Below, piece after piece: positions 1 to 7,479 of a stretch of DNA of 46,787 bases. Numbering within the stretch: position 1 is the first letter of the stretch; each line of letters begins with the position of its first letter. The position numbers and the translations under genes were made by a program. A model generated the notes under the pieces. The model did no database searches, was not told the origin of the DNA, and worked only from the letters and a program-made list of their open reading frames with translations. The DNA is from an uncultured Candidatus Saccharibacteria bacterium (lineage in GTDB: Bacteria > Patescibacteriota > Minisyncoccia > Phycocordibacterales > JACOZG01). The stretch is taken from the NCBI GenBank assembly GCA_964444555.1, contig CAYUHC010000004.1, forward strand, positions 1 through 46,787, given 5' to 3'.

Positions 1-9
1 TAGCGAAGG

Positions 10-82
10 CGGGACGTGGTGTAACGGCTAACATACACGATTCGGGTTCGTGTGACTCCGGGTTCGAATCCCGGCGTCCCGA
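10..82 (+). tRNA. tRNA-Pro (anticodon CGG)
   Basis: Hand-folded cloverleaf. Acceptor is CGGGACG/CGTCCCG and the anticodon stem is CACGA/TCGTG. The loop TTCGGGT gives anticodon CGG with G37. T arm is CCGGG-TTCGAAT-CCCGG and the discriminator is A82. The next bases are CAG, so no CCA is encoded. Confidence 0.85.
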
Positions 83-90
83 CAGCTTAA

Positions 91-546
91 TCACAAGAGC
101 AAATCTTCTAGATGCTCAATCTTAAGGACAACTCCTTGAGGATTTAAGTAGACCGTTAGAGCATCAACTTGCCAGTCAAGGTCATCAGAGACATTTTTGT
201 CTGTTAGATAGGTCGCGATCACCCGTCTCAATCGAGCGCGCTTCCAGGGGTGTAAATTATCTTCTGGTTCGTAATCTTCGCCCAAATTAGCCAAATGGTT
301 ACGTGTAACCGTCTTAACCTCAACAAATCGCAGGTCACTCCCCCGTCCGGCCACAATGTCGATCTCTCCCCACTTGCGCCAATAATTACGATCAATTATC
401 CGATAACCCAAGGCAATTAAGTGGGCGCAAGCCGCTTCTTCGCCCCTTTTTCCCACAATTTGCTTGTTAGTCTCAGCCACGTTTCTTATGAAACTTAGAC
501 ACCTTAAAAGCCAGATTATAAGCCATTTTCTAAGACAGCTAACCAA
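91..546 (-). CDS. YraN family (UPF0102) endonuclease-like protein
   Basis: The ORF translation contains GKRGEEAACAHLIALGYRIIDRNYWRKWGEIDIVAG...FVEVKT, which is typical of the YraN/UPF0102 PD-(D/E)XK-like family. The hydrophobic N-terminal 22 codons look like over-extension. An in-frame GTG at 480 (VAETNKQ...) would give a more typical length of about 129 aa. Confidence 0.85.
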   Translation of the reverse strand: MVSCLRKWLIIWLLRCLSFIRNVAETNKQIVGKRGEEAACAHLIALGYRIIDRNYWRKWGEIDIVAGRGSDLRFVEVKTVTRNHLANLGEDYEPEDNLHPWKRARLRRVIATYLTDKNVSDDLDWQVDALTVYLNPQGVVLKIEHLEDLLL

Positions 547-627
547 AAGGACTTGTCCTTATCCCCCTTGTCCCCATAGTTATCCCCAGTTTTTGGCTCA
601 AAACAAAACTTTTTAAAAGACTTCTAG

Positions 628-699
628 TGCTCCCGGAGGGACTCGAACCCCCAACGACGGTTCCGAAGACCGTTGTGATATCCATTTCACCACGGGAGC
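628..699 (-). tRNA. tRNA-Arg (anticodon TCG)
   Basis: The reverse complement folds as a cloverleaf. Acceptor is GCTCCCG/CGGGAGC and the anticodon stem is ACGGT/ACCGT. The loop CTTCGGA gives anticodon TCG. T arm is GGGGG-TTCGAGT-CCCTC. No CCA is encoded. Confidence 0.85.
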
Positions 700-751
700 A
701 GTCTCCACCAGTCTAGCAAAAATGAACCTCGCCTGCTATGATAACTTTGTT

Positions 752-822
752 GCGGGTATGGTTTAGTGGTAGAACACGTCCTTGCCAAGGATGAGACGGG
801 AGTTCGATTCTCCCTACCCGCA
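752..822 (+). tRNA. tRNA-Gly (anticodon GCC)
   Basis: Sequence is GCGGGTATGGTTTAGTGGTAGAACACGTCCTTGCCAAGGATGAGACGGGAGTTCGATTCTCCCTACCCGCA. Acceptor is GCGGGTA/TACCCGC and the loop TTGCCAA gives anticodon GCC. T loop is TTCGATT. The next bases are CCG, not CCA. Confidence 0.9.
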
Positions 823-831
823 CCGAAAAAC

Positions 832-2322
832 GTGGCCAAAAACTACAAAATTGTGGTTCCACCTCCAGTTTCACGTGCAACTAAAGCGCTCGAAGATGGG
901 GGATTTGAAGCCTATCTCGTAGGCGGCTGCGTGCGTGACCTTTTTCTTGATCCAGCCCCCAAATTAGGGCCAAAAGACTGGGATATTGCCACCAACGCCC
1001 AGCCAGAGCAGATTGTAGCCCTCTTTCCAAAAACCTTTTATGAGAACCGCTTCGGCACCGTGACCGTTGTTAACGAGGAGATTGAATCTGGCCCAGAACG
1101 ACAAATCGAAATAACGCCCTACCGTCAGGAGGGGAAATATAGCGATAATCGCCATCCGGACGAGATTACTTGGGCCAAAACGATTGAGGAGGACCTTAGC
1201 CGCCGAGACTTTACCATTAATGCCATGGCCCTTAATCACCAAACAGGGGAGTTAATTGATCCTTATGGTGGACTAGAGGACCTAAAAAACAAGCTAATTA
1301 GGGCCGTAGGAGACGGGTCAGAGCGTTTGGCCGAGGATCCTTTACGCATTCTCCGGGGCATCCGTTTAGCGGTTGAGCTTGGTTTTACTATCGAATCGGC
1401 CACGGCTGAGGCCATCCACGAGAAGGCCGAGCTAGTAAAAACGTTGTCGGCTGAGCGGGTGAGGGACGAATTTACCAAAATAATGCTTTCACGTGAACCA
1501 ATGCTGGGGCTTGGCCTAGCCCAAAAATTAGGAGTTTTGGCTTACTTTATACCCGAATTAGCCGAAGGGGTTCACGTGAAACAGAATGGCGATCACATTT
1601 ACGATGTTTGGGAACATACTCTAAGAGTGGCCCAGCACGCCGCCGAACGCGAAGCGACGCTAGAAGTTCGGCTAGCAGCCCTGTTACACGACGTCGGCAA
1701 GCCCCGGACGAGGGAATTTAGCCAAGAAAAAGGGGATTACACCTTCTACGGCCACGAGGTGGTAGGCGCCAAAATGGCCAAAAAGATTCTCGAACACTTA
1801 AAGTTTCCCGTGAAAACTACCGAGATCGTGGTTAAGTTGGTGAGAAACCATATGTTCTTTAGTGATATTGAGAAGATTACGCTCTCGGCCGTCCGGAGGA
1901 TTATCCGCAACGTTGGCCGCGAACACATTTGGGATCTAATGGAGGTACGGATGTGTGACCGAATTGGTATGGGCCGGCCAAAAGAAGAGTCCTATCGGCT
2001 CAGAAAATACGAAGCAATGATCGAGGAGGCCTTGCGGGCACCCACTTCGGTCGGGATGCTAGCCATCAACGGCCAGGACGTTATACGTGAAACTGGCCTG
2101 CCCGCCGGACCTAAAATCGGCCAAATTCTCCACGCCCTACTAGAAGAAACGCTGGATAATCCTAGTCTTAATACTAAAGAAATCTTAACGAACAAAGCCA
2201 AAGAATTGGCCGAGTTGAGCGATGAGGAGCTAAAAAAGCGGGGAGAGAGCGGCAAGGAAGCCAAAGATGATAAAGAGGAAGAGGAATTGGCCAAAATCCG
2301 TCAAAAGTTCCACGTGAAATGA
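832..2322 (+). CDS. cca: CCA-adding tRNA nucleotidyltransferase with C-terminal HD domain
   Basis: Motifs seen are GGCVRD, RRDFTINA and the HD-domain HDVGK. The track ORF starts at 766, but 766-822 is tRNA-Gly, so I start at the in-frame GTG at 832. GTG at 853 is also possible. Confidence 0.85.
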   Translation: MAKNYKIVVPPPVSRATKALEDGGFEAYLVGGCVRDLFLDPAPKLGPKDWDIATNAQPEQIVALFPKTFYENRFGTVTVVNEEIESGPERQIEITPYRQEGKYSDNRHPDEITWAKTIEEDLSRRDFTINAMALNHQTGELIDPYGGLEDLKNKLIRAVGDGSERLAEDPLRILRGIRLAVELGFTIESATAEAIHEKAELVKTLSAERVRDEFTKIMLSREPMLGLGLAQKLGVLAYFIPELAEGVHVKQNGDHIYDVWEHTLRVAQHAAEREATLEVRLAALLHDVGKPRTREFSQEKGDYTFYGHEVVGAKMAKKILEHLKFPVKTTEIVVKLVRNHMFFSDIEKITLSAVRRIIRNVGREHIWDLMEVRMCDRIGMGRPKEESYRLRKYEAMIEEALRAPTSVGMLAINGQDVIRETGLPAGPKIGQILHALLEETLDNPSLNTKEILTNKAKELAELSDEELKKRGESGKEAKDDKEEEELAKIRQKFHVK

Positions 2323-2338
2323 TTTAAAAGCAAACAAC

Positions 2339-2359
2339 CCACCTCGTGGAGGTGGATTT
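2339..2359 (+). terminator. Weak intrinsic terminator candidate downstream of cca
   Basis: A 7-bp GC-rich stem CCACCTC/GAGGTGG with loop GTG is followed by ATTT. The U-tract is short. Confidence 0.35.
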
Positions 2360-2715
2360 GGGTGGCGCCTGGAGCATAAAAGCTAGGCGGGGACTCTGTT
2401 CAAAGGACTTGCCCACTAATGGAGAACGAGCACATAAGTGGGTGGAGAGATAAAGGCGAGAATTAAGCTGGGTGGGATAAAAAAGCTAAATTCTGCTTGG
2501 AAACTCTAAAACACAGAGACGCTATTAAGTTGTATAGGACAAGTCCAGAACGAACGTCCTTAAAGATCAAATCGTACCTGTCCTTGATTATATAAGAGAC
2601 AGCTCTAAAGGACAACAAGCTTCGCTGTGGATAACTTGGCACAAGATTCGGCAAAACGCGACTTTCTCACCACGTTAAAAGATAATCAATTTGAAAATAT
2701 GTTAAAATTTAATTA

Positions 2716-2919
2716 ATGTCCACTTATATTTTATGGTTAGTAGTATTGGGAATTGTCTGTCTGCCATTCTTAGTTAGGATGCAAAAGAAAATAAATAAAA
2801 TTTCGTCAAACCTAAACGATATAAAGGAGGTCCTTAAGAGGATAGAAGCTAGACAACTTAACTCGTCCACCCAAGCTTTTGTTGACGCCATAGAGGGGGT
2901 AGCAAGTGAAGACAACTGA
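2716..2919 (+). CDS. Hypothetical small membrane protein (67 aa)
   Basis: The ORF has one clear N-terminal hydrophobic helix (ILWLVVLGIVCLPFLV) followed by a charged tail. It lies in a very AT-rich patch. I recognise no family, and the antisense ORF of equal size is also open. Confidence 0.35.
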   Translation: MSTYILWLVVLGIVCLPFLVRMQKKINKISSNLNDIKEVLKRIEARQLNSSTQAFVDAIEGVASEDN

Positions 2920-3093
2920 TCCTGTCTTGCTGGGGGGCGTCATTATCGAGGCGTTTTAGAAAGTTTTCCCCAAATTTTTAATCTGCACAGGGAAAAACTG
3001 TTATAATATCAACGAACACTTATAAGACAGTGAAACATTGACAAAAGATCTTGTAAGTGCTAATTAATTACTAGAATTAGAAGCTCACACTTG

Positions 3094-3178
3094 TGCCCCC
3101 GATGAGATTTGAACTCATACATCCTGCACGGATGGTGGTTTTGGAGACCACCGCGTCTACCGATTCCGCCACGGGGGC
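3094..3178 (-). tRNA. Type-II (long variable arm) tRNA with a Leu-like body but anticodon CCA (nominally Trp)
   Basis: The 85-nt reverse complement is GCCCCCG TG GCGGAATCGGTAGACGC G GTGGT CTCCAAA ACCAC CATCCGTGCAGGATGT ATGAG TTCAAAT CTCAT CGGGGGC A. The D arm AATCGGTAGA, the stem-containing variable arm and A73 are Leu-like. The only 7-nt loop I can draw is CTCCAAA, which gives anticodon CCA (plus-strand tgg at 3142-3144). Confidence 0.75.
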
Positions 3179-3200
3179 ATAAGCCTGAGCTCCTAATTTA

Positions 3201-3294
3201 GTTAGAGTAATGGGCTGGATTACCGAAATTACGGATCAAGCCAATGCTTATACCAAAGGCAAGATCATCCGGTAATCCAGCCCATTACTCTAAC
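3201..3294. repeat. Perfect 25-bp inverted repeat with a 44-nt spacer
   Basis: GTTAGAGTAATGGGCTGGATTACCG at 3201-3225 is the exact reverse complement of 3270-3294. The right arm overlaps the stop codon (3290-3292) of the minus-strand ORF 3290-3643. Confidence 0.9.
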
Positions 3295-3643
3295 CTTGAT
3301 TTTCAATCACGCGATAAATGCCGCGAGCGGTCTGCTCGATAGATTTTTTAGTATTTTTTGCGTAGGCGAGCGCGGAGGCAACTTTTTCACGATCAATACC
3401 GTAGCTGGGGTATTGCCTCTGCAAACTCAAAAGAATTTCCTGCGAACCAATACCCTCTACACCAGCCTCTCGCACAATTCGCAAAACTTCAGTACCAATC
3501 GAAAAACCGGCCGGAAGTACCGTCACTTTCTCTGGCTCCAAAAGAGACCGTAACTCGGCCTCCAACTCTTCCTGCCTTTGCAAGATTTGCTTAATCCGCT
3601 CTTTCTTATCCTCGTATCGGGACATGGGCCCATGATAGCACAT
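3290..3643 (-). CDS. Hypothetical protein, N-terminal coiled coil plus a possible winged-helix-like C-terminal half
   Basis: This is a 117-aa ORF. A more likely start is the ATG at 3625 (MSRYEDKK...). I recognise no family. Confidence 0.5.
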   Translation of the reverse strand: MCYHGPMSRYEDKKERIKQILQRQEELEAELRSLLEPEKVTVLPAGFSIGTEVLRIVREAGVEGIGSQEILLSLQRQYPSYGIDREKVASALAYAKNTKKSIEQTARGIYRVIENQG

Positions 3644-3868
3644 TACACTTTCTGTTGCAAATTCGGAGATCTAACTTCCATTTTTTTTATTCCACGTGGC
3701 TATAAATAAGGACATTTTAGGATTCCAATTAGTACAGAATCTTAAAATCAATAGGTAAATTGAAAATACTCAACGCAATAACGGCAATCAACATGACAAA
3801 ACTACCGCCGTGTTGAGCAACATTTTTTCCCTTTGATACGCGTTCGGGCAACGGCAGTGGATAACTGG

Positions 3869-4774
3869 CTAGCGGCGGCGGCGATTGTGGAAATTTTTAT
3901 GGATATCTCGAAGATGTTTGTCGGTGACGTGAGTATAAATCTGAGTGGTCGCAATATTGGCGTGACCAAGCATTGCTTGGACAGCACGGATATCCGCGCC
4001 GTTTTGGAGCAGGTCAGTAGCAAAACTATGGCGCAAAGTATGGGGCGTAACCTTGCGCGTAATACCCGAACGGACGGCATAATGCTTGATAATCCGCTCC
4101 ATACTGCGCGACGTTAAGCGGTCAACATCCTTGCCCTTCTGGAGACGTGATTTGAGATTAACAAATAAGGCCTCGGAGACGTCTTCGCGCTTGTCTAAAT
4201 AAGCCCGCACCGCCGATCTAGCGGCTTCCGACAAAAACACCAACCGAACCTTTTCGCCTTTGCCGCGGACCGAAAACTCATCCTTTTTGAGATCTAAATC
4301 ACGATCCAAACTGCAAAGCTCTGAGACGCGCAAGCCCGTCGAGAAAAAGAGCTCTAAGATGGCTCGATCGCGCAAAGACTTAAGATCCTGGCCCTTGGGT
4401 GCCGCCAGCAGGCGATTGAGCTCTTCGGTAGTAATCAGATCCAATTCACGAGCCGGCGTTTTAGCTAGTTCAATCCGATTAGGCTCCAGCGTCTTTACGC
4501 CACGCTTAATTAAGTACTTTAAAAAGGTTCTAATCGCGATTAAATAGTAATTTTGAGTGTTCTTTTTAAGCGTCCCGCGCCCAGCAGCCTGGCGGTTAAG
4601 CCAGAGACGAAAAGAACGGACGGACTCATCATTTATCTGATCAGCTCGTTTTAACTTAGTAAATGCCAAAAAACGGGTTAGATAACGGTCGTAGTTGGCC
4701 ACGGTTAGCAGAGAGCGCCCCTTCTCAATCTCCAGATACTCTAAGAACTCCTGTTTAAGCCGCGCCAAGTCCAT
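3869..4774 (-). CDS. Tyrosine site-specific recombinase, XerC/XerD family
   Basis: The protein is 301 aa. It has an N-terminal SAM-like core-binding domain (FLEYLEIEKGRSLLTVANYDRYL). The catalytic region carries RHSFATDLL and LGHANIATTQIYTHV. Confidence 0.85.
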   Translation of the reverse strand: MDLARLKQEFLEYLEIEKGRSLLTVANYDRYLTRFLAFTKLKRADQINDESVRSFRLWLNRQAAGRGTLKKNTQNYYLIAIRTFLKYLIKRGVKTLEPNRIELAKTPARELDLITTEELNRLLAAPKGQDLKSLRDRAILELFFSTGLRVSELCSLDRDLDLKKDEFSVRGKGEKVRLVFLSEAARSAVRAYLDKREDVSEALFVNLKSRLQKGKDVDRLTSRSMERIIKHYAVRSGITRKVTPHTLRHSFATDLLQNGADIRAVQAMLGHANIATTQIYTHVTDKHLRDIHKNFHNRRRR

Positions 4775-4833
4775 ATTCTTAGTAGTATAACCCGAACTTG
4801 CTTTTTAAAAGAATGCGTGCTAGTATCCTAGCC

Positions 4834-5091
4834 ATGCTGTCACTGAAGAAAAAGCAAAATATTATTAAGAAAAGCCGGTCCCACGAAAAGGATACCGGCT
4901 CGTCCGAGGTGCAAATCGCCCTTTTGAATGAACGTATTAGCGACTTAACCAAACATTTAAAAAAGAATCAGAAGGACAATAGTTCTCGACGCGGTTTACT
5001 TAAGCTGGTTTCCCAGCGCCGCGCTCATGAGAAGTATGTGACAGCAAAGCAGGCGAAAGCCACCGCGAAAGCCGCCTCGGCTAAGAAATAA
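4834..5091 (+). CDS. rpsO: 30S ribosomal protein S15
   Basis: [47 protein letters not shown] matches S15. The track ORF starts at 4798. The ATG at 4834 gives the expected length of about 85 aa. Confidence 0.9.
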   Translation: MLSLKKKQNIIKKSRSHEKDTGSSEVQIALLNERISDLTKHLKKNQKDNSSRRGLLKLVSQRRAHEKYVTAKQAKATAKAASAKK

Positions 5092-5097
5092 TTTGGA

Positions 5098-5676
5098 ATG
5101 CCCATAATTAAACATCGGGGTCAACGTATCGCCATTCTAATCGATACGCAGAACCTCTATCACTGTGCCAAGAATTTATATCAAGCACGGGTCAATTTTG
5201 CCGCTGTTTTAAAAGAAGCCGTGGCTGATCGGACGCTGGTCCGCGCCGTAGCCTACATGGTTACGACCGAAGCCGGGGACGAAAAGAACTTCCTCGAATC
5301 GCTCCACAAAATGGGGATCGAAGTAAAATCTAAGGATTTGCAAATCTTTGCTGGGGGAGCGAAAAAGGCTGACTGGGACGTTGGCCTGGCCGTCGACGCC
5401 ATTAAATTGGCGCCCAAAGTTGACGCCATCATCATCGCCTCCGGTGACGGTGACTTTGTGCCACTAGTAGAATACTTACAAATCCACTCAGGCAATCAGG
5501 TGGAGGTTATCGCCTTCGGCCGAAGCACTTCGGGCAAACTGAAAGAAGCGGCTGACGACTTTATCGATCTTTGCGACAATCCTCGCAAATATCTACTGCG
5601 TAGCGGTTCGCCTCGTCGTTCGCCTCGTCGCGAAAGCGAAAATGGCAACAACCCAGCGCCCGCCGCGACTAACTAA
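5098..5676 (+). CDS. NYN domain (LabA/DUF88-like) protein
   Basis: IAILIDTQNLYHCAK and IIIASGDGDFVPLVEYL are typical NYN/LabA motifs. The C-terminal tail contains a 2 x 12-nt tandem duplication (5607-5630) encoding SPRRSPRR. Confidence 0.8.
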   Translation: MPIIKHRGQRIAILIDTQNLYHCAKNLYQARVNFAAVLKEAVADRTLVRAVAYMVTTEAGDEKNFLESLHKMGIEVKSKDLQIFAGGAKKADWDVGLAVDAIKLAPKVDAIIIASGDGDFVPLVEYLQIHSGNQVEVIAFGRSTSGKLKEAADDFIDLCDNPRKYLLRSGSPRRSPRRESENGNNPAPAATN

Positions 5677-5715
5677 TCTAGTGCGATCCACTCGGCTCGT
5701 AGTATAATAAGAGCG

Positions 5716-6270
5716 ATGCCTGACATTATAACTCCCTTGGGGGGTGAGGATGCTCGCGAAGCCGCTCGTCGCGCTCTCGAGGGTCCAGAACACACCGCCA
5801 AAAGAGAACAAGAAGAGAAAGAAAAGGTCCTCGCCGCCGAGCGCCAAGTTCTGGAAGCTAAGTTGAGCGAAATTGTCGCTCAAAAAGAGAAGTTAGAGCT
5901 AGCTTGGATTGAGCTCGATAATCAACGCAAAGCTGTCCGCACCGTGCTTAACCCCCTCGTCGCTCAAGAAAAAAAGCTCGAGGAAGAGGAGGCAACGCTA
6001 GAAGAAGCCGAGTCTCGCGCGGCCGACCCCGCCGAGCGTCACGCGACCGAGGAGAAGCGCTGGGCCATTCAAGCCGAGAGAAAAACGTTAGAAGAAAAGA
6101 AGTGGGCCGAAGAACAAAAGATTTTAGCCATTGAGCAGACGATTGAGACCAATACCAAACAATACCGAGCGCTCTTGGAAGAAGAGGATCGAGCCAGAGT
6201 AAAACTTGATCAGTTAAAGCTTGCCCAAATTCCCAATGCCGCCAACCCCATCAAACCCAGCGGAGAATAG
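5716..6270 (+). CDS. Hypothetical coiled-coil protein (184 aa, E/K/A-rich)
   Basis: The ORF has a strong heptad-like charged composition and no hydrophobic segment. The N-terminal motif is PLGGEDAREAARRALEG. Confidence 0.55.
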   Translation: MPDIITPLGGEDAREAARRALEGPEHTAKREQEEKEKVLAAERQVLEAKLSEIVAQKEKLELAWIELDNQRKAVRTVLNPLVAQEKKLEEEEATLEEAESRAADPAERHATEEKRWAIQAERKTLEEKKWAEEQKILAIEQTIETNTKQYRALLEEEDRARVKLDQLKLAQIPNAANPIKPSGE

Positions 6271-7438
6271 TGACCCGAAAACAGAAGCCAAGCGGGCCTT
6301 AGGCGGTGAGGACCGCGTTTTGGCCGAGCAGGCCGCCGAAGCCGCTCTAGAAAAGCGCCGCCTCGAAGCGGCACGAGCCATGGAAGGGGAGGTGGAGCGT
6401 AAACGCCGTGAGGTCCGAGAATTTCAGCGTCGCGAGCGAGAGCTCGCGACAGCCAACAGTGCCAGCGCCCAAGCCGCCGCCGCCGAACAGGCGGCCTGGC
6501 AGGCCGCCCAAACCAAAGCGGCGGCGGCCAAAGCCCAACGACTTGAGTCCCGCGAGGCCCAAGCCCGGCTCGAACGCATCGACCAAGCCACGACGCAGGT
6601 TAGCGAACTCCAAAAAGCACCCGTTAATCTTAACCCCCTGCGGACACTCCGAAGCGACATGGCTAAAGCCGTCCGCGAAGATGGCGTCTCGGCCGCCTCA
6701 ATCGCCCAAAGCGAAGACGGACGGCGCGCTCTGGCCACCGGCGAACCCACTCCGCCAAGCTCACGCGGGCTCTGGATCATTATTGGTCTCGTAGTCATCG
6801 GTGGGGGCTTGGGTGGTTGGTGGTATTGGTCTAACCAATCTCCAGCAGTCTCCACGCCCACACCCACCCCGGTCACTCCTGTGGCTAATCTAATTTTTGC
6901 CGAAAATACTTTAGATCTAGCCCTCGACACCGCTCGCACTCCCGGCGACGTGACTGGCGCCATTAACCAAATCCTTAATAATCCGCCCAGCGGCTTGATC
7001 GCTCTAACACCAACCGCTGGCGGCGCCCCTCTCTCTTTGATCGCGCTGGGTGAAAAAATTAAATGGCAACCACCCGCCTCCTTAGTGAACATTTTCGAAC
7101 CAGCATTTATGCTTGGCGCTCACCAAAGCGCCTCAAGTACCGAACGTTTTCTAATTTTAAAAACTCGACTGTACGATCAAGCGTTTGCTGGCATGATTGC
7201 TTGGGAAAAAACCCTCGCTGACGATCTCTGGCCTCTCTTTACCAAAAACAGCACGGCCGCACCCTTGATCACTAACTACAGCGACAAGTTGGTGCGCAAC
7301 AAAGACGCCCGACAAGCCACTAGACCAGATGGTTCGGTCGTCATCTTTTACGGCTTTCTAGACCAAAATACGATCGCGATCACCACTAATCAGGCCACCT
7401 TTAGCGAACTAGCGCTCCGCTACAGCAATCGTCAATAG
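6221..7438 (+). CDS. Hypothetical membrane-anchored protein: cytoplasmic Ala-rich coiled coil, one TM helix, extracytoplasmic domain
   Basis: The 405-aa ORF has a TM segment GLWIIIGLVVIGGGLGGWWYW. The N-terminal motif RALGGEDRVLAEQAAEAALE resembles that of the preceding gene. The start is uncertain (ATG 6221 or 6236) and overlaps the upstream gene. Confidence 0.6.
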   Translation: MPKFPMPPTPSNPAENSDPKTEAKRALGGEDRVLAEQAAEAALEKRRLEAARAMEGEVERKRREVREFQRRERELATANSASAQAAAAEQAAWQAAQTKAAAAKAQRLESREAQARLERIDQATTQVSELQKAPVNLNPLRTLRSDMAKAVREDGVSAASIAQSEDGRRALATGEPTPPSSRGLWIIIGLVVIGGGLGGWWYWSNQSPAVSTPTPTPVTPVANLIFAENTLDLALDTARTPGDVTGAINQILNNPPSGLIALTPTAGGAPLSLIALGEKIKWQPPASLVNIFEPAFMLGAHQSASSTERFLILKTRLYDQAFAGMIAWEKTLADDLWPLFTKNSTAAPLITNYSDKLVRNKDARQATRPDGSVVIFYGFLDQNTIAITTNQATFSELALRYSNRQ

Positions 7439-7479
7439 TTGGGCTTGCTATCGATAGGCAAGGGGAGTAGAATTGGACT

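Noticed and set aside
766-831. N-terminal 22 codons of the 518-aa track ORF (MVEHVLAKDETGVRFSLPAPKN...)
   Set aside because: This stretch is tRNA-Gly(GCC) (752-822) read as protein. The real cca start must lie downstream, at GTG 832 or 853.
2626-2634. Perfect DnaA box TTATCCACA (minus strand) as a marker of the origin
   Set aside because: It is a single isolated box 25 kb from dnaA. The clustered boxes and AT-rich tract around dnaA-dnaN are a much better origin candidate. It may still be a DnaA titration or regulatory site.
3869-4774. Calling the tyrosine recombinase a phage or ICE integrase (mobile_element feature)
   Set aside because: Its length (301 aa) and motifs fit the housekeeping XerC/XerD type, and I could not identify att repeats. 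The mobile-element idea is retained only as a low-to-moderate-interest hypothesis for the adjacent AT-rich patch.
5607-5630. Tandem 2 x 12-nt repeat TTCGCCTCGTCG
   Set aside because: This is a trivial in-frame duplication encoding SPRR-SPRR in the disordered tail of the NYN protein. It is not a CRISPR or regulatory repeat.
6408-7092. Long ORFs in alternative frames and on the opposite strand (128 aa plus strand, 222 aa and 88 aa minus strand) inside the 405-aa gene
   Set aside because: They lie in a GC- and Ala-codon-rich segment where all frames stay open. Their translations are Arg/Pro/Ala-rich low-complexity with no motifs. The main frame has a coherent coiled-coil, TM and domain architecture.
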